Virus record (IMG/VR): IMGVR_UViG_3300001598_000039
Coordinates: 1-64,000 of that record
Source of the DNA: a virus
Lineage: Duplodnaviria > Heunggongvirae > Uroviricota > Caudoviricetes
Direction: 5' to 3' (one strand)
Length of the DNA stretch: 64,000 nt
In this document: positions 14,878-23,067 of the stretch, piece by piece
Numbering within the stretch: the stretch's first letter is position 1
Layout: each line of letters starts with the position of its first letter
Translations under genes and position numbers: made by a program
Notes under the pieces: generated by a model
Told to the model about the DNA's origin: nothing
The model's database searches: none
The model's input: only the letters and a program-made list of their open reading frames with translations

Positions 14878-15430
14878 TATTTACGTCCTGGAGCTGGTGC
14901 ATCTTCACTGCTAGGTTAGACAGGCGGTCAGAAAGGCGGAAGTCAGAGAGGACTGCTTCTGCCCATAAGATTTCTGGCACTTGGTGCTGCTCGATGAAGT
15001 GGCTTGGGTCAAGGCCCGTCTTCAGTTGCGATGTGATGCAGGCCTTAGCGTACTCAGCTGGAGTGAAGGCGTCAATGAGGTGCATCTGGTAGAAGCTGCT
15101 TGTCATGTCAGCGTCATGCTCATCCTTGAACTTGCCACATGTGAAGACACTAGAGTCAGCGAAGAGCAGCATGTAAGGCATGACTGGATGGCCGACCTTG
15201 ACGATGAACGGCCTGCGCCTTGTCCTAGACCTCAACTGGACTGCTGAAGTCTTCCCATCATGGAGGCCGTACAACGGGCAGCTGAAGGCGTTAGAGCAGT
15301 CCAGCCACTCACGGTACATCTTGCCATAGAATGCCTTGTGCATGGCGCACTCATAGCTCTCGCAGTGCTCGTTCGTCACGAGGTCGACTTTGAAGCCGAA
15401 CAAGTGGAAGACCTTGCTTGAGCTATTCAT
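14870..15430 (-). CDS. Hypothetical protein (~186 aa)
   Basis: Start moved to ATG with AAGGAGAA RBS. Confidence 0.55.
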   Translation of the reverse strand: MNSSSKVFHLFGFKVDLVTNEHCESYECAMHKAFYGKMYREWLDCSNAFSCPLYGLHDGKTSAVQLRSRTRRRPFIVKVGHPVMPYMLLFADSSVFTCGKFKDEHDADMTSSFYQMHLIDAFTPAEYAKACITSQLKTGLDPSHFIEQHQVPEILWAEAVLSDFRLSDRLSNLAVKMHQLQDVNNA

Positions 15431-15713
15431 AGCAGTTCTCCTTGAACCAATACCTTCTGGCCAGATGTGTCTTGTTCCACGGATCAACGTGAGCAGGATT
15501 GATGCAGACGACATGCGGCCAACGCTCGACATCTTCCAAGTCAGCGCCATTTGCTGCAAGGAACTTCATGCACAGCTCGTCAGACGCAAAGTGCGCAACT
15601 GTCTCATAGATGCCGCTTGGCTCTCTTGCCTGGCGCAGCTCATATGCTTTAAGCGGCGCTTCGCTGCACCATCCGCAGACAATCCTGTATGTTCTGTACT
15701 TGTGCCTGATCAT
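15423..15713 (-). CDS. Hypothetical Cys-containing protein (96 aa)
   Basis: ATGA coupling. Confidence 0.5.
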   Translation of the reverse strand: MIRHKYRTYRIVCGWCSEAPLKAYELRQAREPSGIYETVAHFASDELCMKFLAANGADLEDVERWPHVVCINPAHVDPWNKTHLARRYWFKENCYE

Positions 15714-16264
15714 CGGCTGTGCAGAAGCAGCTCGACTGTTGGGTCAGCTGATATCGCGCCTTTGAAGATCCCTGAGGCTTTATGCAGCCGCTTCAGCTGG
15801 TTGATGTAATGGCGGTCAGACCTTCCAGCTGCTTTGCGGATGATTGCAAGCGCATGCTCAGGCGCAATGATGTCTGCTTGTCCCTTGATGCTGAGCGACA
15901 TGCACGCCTCTCCATAGGACTTGTATGGCTTCACTGCAGCAATGAACTGGCAGATGTCGTTGGCTTCCATCGCGAAGCTGATCAGGCTTGCGTCTTTCGG
16001 CGTAGCGACATACCTGTAGCTGCGCTTCGATGCGCCGTCTGGGTACTCCTCAAACTGGAGCTGGCGGATGTAGCGGCCTTCAACCAGGCCTTCGAATGAG
16101 GTCTTGCACTGGCCCGGCGGCGTATCAGGAAGGACGGTGTCATGCACATCTTTCCAGGTCACCGACTTCGGCCACGAGTCGACGACATACTTCAGCATCC
16201 GCATGTACAGGAGGTCAAGATGCTTATGGGCAAACTGGCTGGTGTCAATCTTGTCGCTAGTCAT
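15710..16264 (-). CDS. Hypothetical protein (~185 aa), first gene of the operon
   Basis: Leaderless ATG 6 nt after TATAAT; the track start 16309 is upstream of the promoter. Confidence 0.55.
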   Translation of the reverse strand: MTSDKIDTSQFAHKHLDLLYMRMLKYVVDSWPKSVTWKDVHDTVLPDTPPGQCKTSFEGLVEGRYIRQLQFEEYPDGASKRSYRYVATPKDASLISFAMEANDICQFIAAVKPYKSYGEACMSLSIKGQADIIAPEHALAIIRKAAGRSDRHYINQLKRLHKASGIFKGAISADPTVELLLHSR

Positions 16265-16270
16265 GACTCC

Positions 16271-16299
16271 ATTATACAACAACTGGGCGTTGTTGTCAA
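16271..16299 (-). promoter_or_regulatory. Consensus sigma70 promoter TTGACA-N17-TATAAT; its spacer contains the inverted repeat CAACAAC-GCCCA-GTTGTTG, which is also the hairpin just downstream of the PARP gene
   Basis: Seen directly on the minus strand. Confidence 0.7.
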
Positions 16300-16332
16300 C
16301 GCCCAGCATGCATCAGGTCTAGCTCAGTTGGA

Positions 16333-17562
16333 TCAGACCTTGAGCTCGACCAGGAAGTGGATCGTCGTCTGGTCTTCGCGATAGACCACCACCTCATCTT
16401 CACGGAGGTATGGGCCTTTATGGGCATGCACATGCGTTGTGCCAGGCTTGCGTTTTTGCAGCTTGTCCCATGTCATGCCGCTGCAGCTGCTGATCTCACT
16501 TCCGGTGCTGACGTTCAAGGCGCCCTTGTCTTCATCGACAGCGACGTCGAACACCGCCATCAGGCCGACATCAGACGTGCCACCTGACCAATACGAACCA
16601 CGAAGCGATGTGTAGTTGATGGACTTCGCCGCTTTTGGTGCAAAGTAAAGGCCCGCGCCCAACATTTTTCCAGTTACGTGGGCGTTGTTCTTGAGCAGCA
16701 GCCCATTCTTGATGATGTTCCACCAGTTCTCATTGCGCGAGCCGTGGAAGAACATCTTCGGCTCTTTGACGCCGTTGCTGCGGCAGAAGGCGTCAAACTT
16801 GTCCTGCGTCGTCTTGTTGATGATCCGCCAGGCCTGCTTGTAGCGAGAGCCAACCATGCCAAGGTGCTTGACGATCTGGTCTTTCTCCTGGTCGGTGACT
16901 TTGCGGAAGTCCAAGCCGAACTTCTCCAAGATCGTCTCTGTCTTTGACGAAGCGCCATCGCCGTTTGTCTTGGCCTTTGCAGCATTCGTCTCGAACTGCG
17001 TCTTGACGATGTTGAAGAGGTTCTGCTCGCGAGTCAAGATCGAAGGGATGTCGCTGTTGCTCTTGGCGAAGAACTTCGAGACGTCCGTCATCTTACGAGG
17101 CAGCGTACGGAAGAGCGTCATCAGCGTATCATTGAAGGACTTGTAGTCGCCGTCCTGCGTGTACAGCTTGTCGATCAGCTCTTGCGCCTTGTCGATCATG
17201 GTCTGCGTGATGTGGCCTTCATCAATGGTGTAGTTCTTCTTGATGACCTCATTGGCGTAGACACGCAGCTGCTTGACGAACTTGCGGACATCGACGTCTT
17301 GGATGTCGGCAAAGCCATCTGCACCGGTGCTGACTGAGCCATCGTCCTTCTTGACGAGCTCAGTCTGGTCGACGTAGCCTTTCTTCAGCTTGTTCTTCAG
17401 GATGCGGTCATACTCTTTGGCGTCATAGTGCTGGGTCGAAGGGTTCTGCCCGCCAATGCGCCCGTACTTCACCATGAAGCCGTTTCCGTCGGTGTCTGGC
17501 TGGATCTCATAGAACTTGTTGTTGTTGGCGCTTGTGACGCAGACTAAGTACTTGGCTTCCAT
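16333..17562 (-). CDS. Poly(ADP-ribose) polymerase-like protein (WGR domain plus PARP catalytic domain)
   Basis: N-terminal WGR (KYGRIGG); catalytic FFHGSRNENWWNIIKNGLL...GAGLYFAPKAAKSINYT. Confidence 0.8.
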   Translation of the reverse strand: MEAKYLVCVTSANNNKFYEIQPDTDGNGFMVKYGRIGGQNPSTQHYDAKEYDRILKNKLKKGYVDQTELVKKDDGSVSTGADGFADIQDVDVRKFVKQLRVYANEVIKKNYTIDEGHITQTMIDKAQELIDKLYTQDGDYKSFNDTLMTLFRTLPRKMTDVSKFFAKSNSDIPSILTREQNLFNIVKTQFETNAAKAKTNGDGASSKTETILEKFGLDFRKVTDQEKDQIVKHLGMVGSRYKQAWRIINKTTQDKFDAFCRSNGVKEPKMFFHGSRNENWWNIIKNGLLLKNNAHVTGKMLGAGLYFAPKAAKSINYTSLRGSYWSGGTSDVGLMAVFDVAVDEDKGALNVSTGSEISSCSGMTWDKLQKRKPGTTHVHAHKGPYLREDEVVVYREDQTTIHFLVELKV

Positions 17563-17597
17563 TTGTTAGGTCTTTCTGTATGTCAGGTGGTATGCTG

Positions 17598-17609
17598 CTA
17601 TTTACTTCT
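17598..17609 (-). promoter_or_regulatory. Class III late-like motif GAAGTAAATAG upstream of the PARP gene (35-nt leader)
   Basis: Matches the class III consensus. Confidence 0.5.
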
Positions 17610-18107
17610 TCAGTGGAACGCTTGCTGATGCTCAGGATTGCTGGCATTGAGCTTGTCGTACTTGAGGACAAGACAGTTGATGATGGAGTCTGAGACGAAC
17701 GATGGTGTCGTGAAGCTGCTGCTCAGCGCCATGACTTTGGTAATGACTTCATACTGCTTGAGGAAGTGGTCGTACTGCGACGACTCAACAAGGTCAGTCA
17801 AGAACCATACTTTGGTTGGAGGCATGAGCTTGAACTTGACTAGTGACTCATATGACCATGTCCGCCAGTGCGCGTTTGCCTGGTATCGCTTGCATGCTCT
17901 GATGTATTGGGCGACCAAGTCGACAAAGCCATCTGCGTCGAGTCCGCCTGCCAAAGAGACGTACAGCGACACTTCAGCTCTAGACTCAAACGTCAGCTGT
18001 GCCACTTTTGAGCCTCGCTCTCTTCTTCTCGATCTCCTGGAGCGCTCGCTCAAAGTATGCCGTCCGAGCACGGTCTCCGCCATCCCATATGAGCTTCTTC
18101 TCCTCAC
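17610..18107 (-). CDS. Hypothetical protein, C-terminal part; possibly the +1-frame continuation of 17986..18426
   Basis: Protein-like only downstream of the overlap; the Arg-rich N-terminus is probably not translated. Confidence 0.4.
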   Translation of the reverse strand: MRRRSSYGMAETVLGRHTLSERSRRSRRRERGSKVAQLTFESRAEVSLYVSLAGGLDADGFVDLVAQYIRACKRYQANAHWRTWSYESLVKFKLMPPTKVWFLTDLVESSQYDHFLKQYEVITKVMALSSSFTTPSFVSDSIINCLVLKYDKLNASNPEHQQAFH

Positions 18108-18426
18108 GGAGCATGCTCTTGAAGATGTTCAGGAACTTCACTCCGCTGATCAAAAGGTCAAAGAAGTCTGTCTCGAGAGCCGTCTGCAGCAAGTACTCAT
18201 TGTTGTCCGGCATGACCTCTTTGTACTGTATCGCCTGCGCATCGCGCTCTTTGACACGCTGGTCAGTGTAGGCCTTGAACTCCCGCGAGTACTTCGCCTG
18301 CTCTCTGAAGAAGCCAACAAGCTCGAGTGCGGAGAACAGAGGCGCACCAGCAAGAGCATACCTCATGCTGAACTCAGGCATAGACTTGCTGCTAGTCAGG
18401 TGCTCGTAGAGTTGGCGGTTCTTCAT
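17986..18426 (-). CDS. Hypothetical protein (146 aa), leaderless
   Basis: TGATACAAT ATGCCAT ATG architecture. Confidence 0.6.
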   Translation of the reverse strand: MKNRQLYEHLTSSKSMPEFSMRYALAGAPLFSALELVGFFREQAKYSREFKAYTDQRVKERDAQAIQYKEVMPDNNEYLLQTALETDFFDLLISGVKFLNIFKSMLREEKKLIWDGGDRARTAYFERALQEIEKKRARLKSGTADV

Positions 18427-18453
18427 ATGGCATATTGTATCACGCGGGCGCGT

Positions 18454-18465
18454 AGAAGTAAATAG
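18454..18465 (+). promoter_or_regulatory. Class III late-like motif TAGAAGTAAATAG, 8 nt before ATG 18473
   Basis: Consensus match. Confidence 0.5.
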
Positions 18466-18472
18466 TCCTACT

Positions 18473-19003
18473 ATGGCAAAGTCACGCTACTTCAAGTTCT
18501 ACAACGCCAACCCATTTGGCAAAGCTCTTCCAGACTGTGCAATCCGCAGCACCAGCTTAGGCCTGAACATCCCTTATGCTGAAGTCTGCAAGCGCCTACA
18601 CTGCCGGTTCAAAGATGGACAAGGGCTTGTACGTGACACCGGAGTCGACCTCTACAAGATCCAGGACACCTTCGACAAGTACTTCGAGGAAGTGGAGAAC
18701 TTTGACTCTGAGCTGAACCGCCCGCCTGAGTTTGATGACTTCGTTGACCCATTCTACGACACCGGCGAGTTTGAGGACATCAGCAACCAGCCTACGCTTG
18801 AAGAGTGGATCGAGCAGTATGAAGGAACAGGCCCTTATCTGGTGAGCCTTGATTCGCCAAAGCGTGACAGCGGCCATCTGGTCTACGTCTGTACCAACAC
18901 GCCATGCTTCTATGACACATGGGACTGCTCTAAGCTCCATGTTGATGCCTTCATGCGGATCAAAGGGATCCGCGACAACGAGGCGACGAAGAACTACCGC
19001 TGA
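18473..19003 (+). CDS. Hypothetical acidic protein (176 aa)
   Basis: Track ORF. Confidence 0.6.
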   Translation: MAKSRYFKFYNANPFGKALPDCAIRSTSLGLNIPYAEVCKRLHCRFKDGQGLVRDTGVDLYKIQDTFDKYFEEVENFDSELNRPPEFDDFVDPFYDTGEFEDISNQPTLEEWIEQYEGTGPYLVSLDSPKRDSGHLVYVCTNTPCFYDTWDCSKLHVDAFMRIKGIRDNEATKNYR

Positions 19004-19332
19004 CCGAGTTCGGCTAAGAACTTTGACGCCTTTGTGCTGATCACCGACGTGCCGCCAGTCTCAAGGTCCCATGTCTTGAACAGGCCTTGAAGTTGGATGA
19101 GGCTGTCTATGACCATTCCTTTGCTGAGGCCATGCTTAGTGCTCATCAGCATAGCATATTCCGCAGCAGTCTCGCAGTCAAGCACCGACTTGAAGACATC
19201 ACAGACTTCCATTGTGATAGCGCTGCCATCGCCACTCAAGCGCGGCTCATGGACTGGAACTTCGCCAATGTCTCTGGCATAGTTGCGCGTGGCGACATGC
19301 CTCCAATCAGCTGGCTTGAAGTCAGAGCTCAA
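18994..19332 (-). CDS. Hypothetical protein (112 aa)
   Basis: Track ORF; coupled to the upstream gene. Confidence 0.55.
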   Translation of the reverse strand: MSSDFKPADWRHVATRNYARDIGEVPVHEPRLSGDGSAITMEVCDVFKSVLDCETAAEYAMLMSTKHGLSKGMVIDSLIQLQGLFKTWDLETGGTSVISTKASKFLAELGQR

Positions 19333-19804
19333 TCCGCTGCTCCTTTGGAAGCGCCCAGACTTTCCTCCTGATCTTCAGCAGTTCAGGAAGCTCAATTGAA
19401 GTCTTGCCAGTTGCATAGGCGAACTTCAGCATCTTTTGGCCTACTTTTGATGTTGGGTCGTTCTTGAGCACATAGTCCTGCAGCTTTGTGTAGATGCCAT
19501 TAGGGTCACTGAGCATGCCATACTCGACCATCGCTTCGCACATGATGGCGGCGTGCTCGTCAGCAGATGGCTTCAAGAACTTCAGTTGGTTGAGCGCGGC
19601 GAAGAAGTGATTGACATAGTCTATGTTGAGATGCGCAAGCCCGGCGAACAGGTGCGCCAAGAAGCTCTTGTCTTGGAATGAGCATGTGACTCCATTCAAG
19701 CTGCACGTCATCTTGTACTTGGTGACGCTCATGTTGTGGTCCAAGTCTTCAGCTTGGGCAATGATGTCTCTGATGAGCCTGTTGATGTGCTGTTTGGCAG
19801 TCAT
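19322..19804 (-). CDS. Hypothetical protein (160 aa), leaderless (TGTTATAAT TGGAAC ATG)
   Basis: Extended -10 placed 6 nt before ATG. Confidence 0.6.
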   Translation of the reverse strand: MTAKQHINRLIRDIIAQAEDLDHNMSVTKYKMTCSLNGVTCSFQDKSFLAHLFAGLAHLNIDYVNHFFAALNQLKFLKPSADEHAAIMCEAMVEYGMLSDPNGIYTKLQDYVLKNDPTSKVGQKMLKFAYATGKTSIELPELLKIRRKVWALPKEQRIEL

Positions 19805-19893
19805 GTTCCAATTATAACACAGGCGCAGCTAGGTGTTCTGCCTAATTGCGCCGTTCACTTGTGACTATATGCCTAGTGCTCTTGGCGAGTGTC

Positions 19894-20166
19894 TCAGCCT
19901 TTACTCTCAGGCGGAACTTCTTTTGGCCGTGCCTTGATGGCGTTGATCTCATCCTGGATGTAGAAGATCGCCTTCTCCAGGTCTTCGACCGGATTCCACT
20001 TCGAGTCGTACCGGGCTAGGTACTTGATTGCGGAGCCGATGGAGAAGTTAGACTTCCATGCTCTGATCACTTTGATTGGCTCGTACGTCATGTCATCCAT
20101 GCGGTAGTGTGCTGGATGGTTGACCATGTCTGCTTTAGTCTCGTTGCTCTTGCTCTTCATAGGCAT
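19894..20166 (-). CDS. DUF3310-family phage protein
   Basis: VNHPAHY...IKVIRAW...GSAIKYLARY...VEDLEKAIFYI matches the DUF3310 signature. Confidence 0.65.
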   Translation of the reverse strand: MPMKSKSNETKADMVNHPAHYRMDDMTYEPIKVIRAWKSNFSIGSAIKYLARYDSKWNPVEDLEKAIFYIQDEINAIKARPKEVPPESKG

Positions 20167-20177
20167 ATCATACCACT

Positions 20178-20783
20178 TCAACGGATGAACTTCGCCTGCG
20201 CAAGCAAGTCTGTCTTCTGCTTCCAGATGGTGTAGCCAATCTTGATGAGGGTCTCATTTGAAGTTCCAAGCAGCTTGCTTACCAGCCATGTGACGAACCG
20301 GTTGTCCTGGTCATGCAGGATCATCTCTCGCCTATGGGCATCATAGCACCTAATGATCGCAGGCAGGTTGCTCTCGGCGACCCTGGCGAATGCCTCGAAC
20401 ACCGACTTCCGGATCTCATCCTTAGCTTCCCAGCCGTTTGTCATTGGCATGGACTTGTACAGCTTGAACATGACAGTTGGTGTCACAAGATGCCGGTACT
20501 TCCTGAAGATGTCCTTGAAGATTGTCCTGACTTCGGCATAGCTGAAGTTCAAGACGATGAAGCTCAGCAAGAATGCGAACGCGCCTTCATTCAGCTCGAT
20601 TCCCTCGACATCAAGCCGCATCTGCAGCTGGGCATAGCTCTTCAAGCTGTGCCAGTCAAATGCCTCGACGAAGTCGGCGAAGCTGTCACCAAGCGCATGC
20701 TTCCTTGCGTCATCATTGAACCTGATGTTCGCTTCATCTAGCAGAAGCCAGTCTGGGATGTTGTATTGGCCAAACTCTATCAT
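20178..20783 (-). CDS. Hypothetical protein (201 aa)
   Basis: ATGA coupling with the upstream gene. Confidence 0.6.
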   Translation of the reverse strand: MIEFGQYNIPDWLLLDEANIRFNDDARKHALGDSFADFVEAFDWHSLKSYAQLQMRLDVEGIELNEGAFAFLLSFIVLNFSYAEVRTIFKDIFRKYRHLVTPTVMFKLYKSMPMTNGWEAKDEIRKSVFEAFARVAESNLPAIIRCYDAHRREMILHDQDNRFVTWLVSKLLGTSNETLIKIGYTIWKQKTDLLAQAKFIR

Positions 20784-21751
20784 AAGGCGTCACCGCAGCG
20801 CATTACACGATTGAGGACATCTGGGCGCTTGGCCGCAATGTCTCTGACGACATCAGCCTTGTTGGCAGACTCAAGCAGGTACAAGATGCAGTCTTCATCT
20901 AGCTCTAGGCCAGCGATTGCCATCCGCATCAGCAGCTCGCTTGCAGTCTTGGCTTCATCAAGCATGAGCGTCAGCTCTTTGAACTGATCTGCGCCAGCGT
21001 AGAGCCATTCTGTTGCCTGTTTGAGGCCGCATCTGCTGCAGCAAGAGTAGACGACCGTTCCATAATGCTCCATGACGAACTTCGCCATGTACCTCTTCTC
21101 TTCGATGAGGTCGCTGTCTAGCAGCTGCTTTATGAAGTTCGTCCTAGTCCTGCCAGCAGTGGCGTCAATCTTGGCAAGCATCAAGTACTTGGTCTTCGCT
21201 GAAAGCTGCCTGAAGAAGTCAAGCTGCCAGATGCGGTCGTCAAACAAGCTGTACGGCGCCATCCCATGGATTGGAAGCGACGCGACTGTGCGGCCTTCAG
21301 CAAAGCTCGCATCACCGATCAGCATGCTTGGAACTTTGGAGAAGTCGCATTCGCCGCTAGATAGCTGCTCCAAGAAGCGAGAGTCGAGGAACTGCTGGGT
21401 GCTCTGCGACATCTTCGACTTGTATGGATGGCTCTCCACCTTATGGTTCTTCAAGAAGCGCCTGAACGGATTCTTCACTCGTTCATGCACCGGCGCAATG
21501 CACATCTGCCAAGCGAACTTTGCCGCCTGCTGGTGGTTCATATGCTCCAGCAGCTTGGCCATGCGTTCGACATGTTGCTCTTTTGCCTTGCATGCAACAT
21601 CCGCTTGGAAGAGCCTTCCACTGAGCCAGCTCTTAGCTAGGACATCAACAACCTGCCGGTCTGTCAAGTTCCCCAAGAACCAGAAGACAGAGTCCAAATT
21701 GGCTCCATCTTCAATGATGCGGTCTAGTGTACGGTGCAATGGCATGTCCAT
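20780..21751 (-). CDS. Hypothetical protein (~324 aa), leaderless (TGGTATAAT GGCGTC ATG)
   Basis: Start moved to the ATG after the -10; the track start is TTG. Confidence 0.6.
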   Translation of the reverse strand: MDMPLHRTLDRIIEDGANLDSVFWFLGNLTDRQVVDVLAKSWLSGRLFQADVACKAKEQHVERMAKLLEHMNHQQAAKFAWQMCIAPVHERVKNPFRRFLKNHKVESHPYKSKMSQSTQQFLDSRFLEQLSSGECDFSKVPSMLIGDASFAEGRTVASLPIHGMAPYSLFDDRIWQLDFFRQLSAKTKYLMLAKIDATAGRTRTNFIKQLLDSDLIEEKRYMAKFVMEHYGTVVYSCCSRCGLKQATEWLYAGADQFKELTLMLDEAKTASELLMRMAIAGLELDEDCILYLLESANKADVVRDIAAKRPDVLNRVMRCGDAL

Positions 21752-21782
21752 GACGCCATTATACCACAATCAGCAGTTCTTG

Positions 21783-22703
21783 TCAATAGGTGTTCATGGA
21801 GTAGTACTGCCTGTCATTGCAGTACAGCTCTCCGAGGCCGTCAAACTCGCCGACGCCATGGTACTTGCGCATCTGGTACGGCCAAAGCGACCTGTAGTCG
21901 AACTCTGTCCGGTCGCCATCTTTGAGGTATGCTCTAAGGCGCTCTCTGATCGCAGCCGGGTCATGGCTTGCAAGCAGGTCAAACTCCTCTTTCCGAACTT
22001 CGGTGGTGAGAGTCTGCGGGTTGACGATCAACTTGAAAGCCTCGCCATTCAGCACCTTGCAGCGACTGCTTGGCTTACGGTCAGGAACGTCTACACACTT
22101 GAGGTGGAAGAAGCCATGCACGGCGTCGCGATGCCTGCTGAGGCCAACACTTCCTTTGACAGGCACGCAGATGCTGAACTCCTTGTCTCCGTCGCTGAAC
22201 GTCAAGTCAATGTAGTCAGCGTACTCGCTCTCGTCGAACTTCAAGTCAACGCAGTTGAACTTCTTGTAGACTGGATCGCTGTCATCAAAGAAGAGCGGCC
22301 TGACTTCCATGATGAAGTCTCGTACGAGCTTGGACTTGAAGTCGTGCTCATCATACGCCCGATGCAGCTTGTCAAAGCGCTCAACTGACAGGCATCCGAC
22401 TTCTATGCTCTTGTTCACCTCACTGGCGCAAAGGCTCAAGTAGTGCTCATGCAAGCCGCGGAGAAGAGTCTCATGGCGTTCCAGCAAGTCAACGCACTTC
22501 CTAAGGTCGTCGATCCTGTCAAGTACTGAGACCTTGTCATCAAGCAGCTCAGACTCTGCTTTCCAGGTGTCGTGTATGAAGCCTTCACAAAGTCGGTTGA
22601 CCTTGCTTGAGGCAAGGCCATCTGCAGTCTTTGTCACCGCATCAGCTGCTTCACTGAACATCCTGTTGATAGACCCACAATCAATCACACGGCTGCTCGT
22701 CAT
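21783..22703 (-). CDS. Hypothetical protein (306 aa)
   Basis: GGAG RBS. Confidence 0.6.
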   Translation of the reverse strand: MTSSRVIDCGSINRMFSEAADAVTKTADGLASSKVNRLCEGFIHDTWKAESELLDDKVSVLDRIDDLRKCVDLLERHETLLRGLHEHYLSLCASEVNKSIEVGCLSVERFDKLHRAYDEHDFKSKLVRDFIMEVRPLFFDDSDPVYKKFNCVDLKFDESEYADYIDLTFSDGDKEFSICVPVKGSVGLSRHRDAVHGFFHLKCVDVPDRKPSSRCKVLNGEAFKLIVNPQTLTTEVRKEEFDLLASHDPAAIRERLRAYLKDGDRTEFDYRSLWPYQMRKYHGVGEFDGLGELYCNDRQYYSMNTY

Positions 22704-23067
22704 AGTTGTCTCCAGGCTTCATCCACTTGCAGTACCGCCCATGATGATGGCGGTCAAAGAACACAAACTTCCATCCTTGCTTGAACTCCATCACAGCTCG
22801 GACTGGACGATGCTCATTCTTGATCCCAGCCGCGCCAGCCACTATCCACCAGCTGTCAGTAAGCGGCTCAGGCTTGTAGGAGTCGTCACCGCTGACAGAC
22901 GCCATCATCAGCTTCTTGGCGTCGTACTTTGGCTTCACTTTGTCTGCCACAAACTCCACTTCTTGCAGGCGAGTTACGACTTTCCCGTTAGCATCAAGCT
23001 CACGGTATGTAAGCTTGACTGGAGGGAACTTCAAAGATGGTGATGTCATCTGCTCAGTACTCATCAT
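22681..23067 (-). CDS. Hypothetical protein (~128 aa)
   Basis: Start at MMSTEQ with AAGGGA RBS; overlaps the stop of the vWA gene. Confidence 0.5.
   Translation of the reverse strand: MMSTEQMTSPSLKFPPVKLTYRELDANGKVVTRLQEVEFVADKVKPKYDAKKLMMASVSGDDSYKPEPLTDSWWIVAGAAGIKNEHRPVRAVMEFKQGWKFVFFDRHHHGRYCKWMKPGDNYDEQPCD

Noticed and set aside
17638-18465. 275-aa plus-strand ORF antisense to 17610..18426
   Set aside because: It is S/L/R-rich and has no promoter or RBS. The minus-strand genes carry the conserved leaderless promoter.
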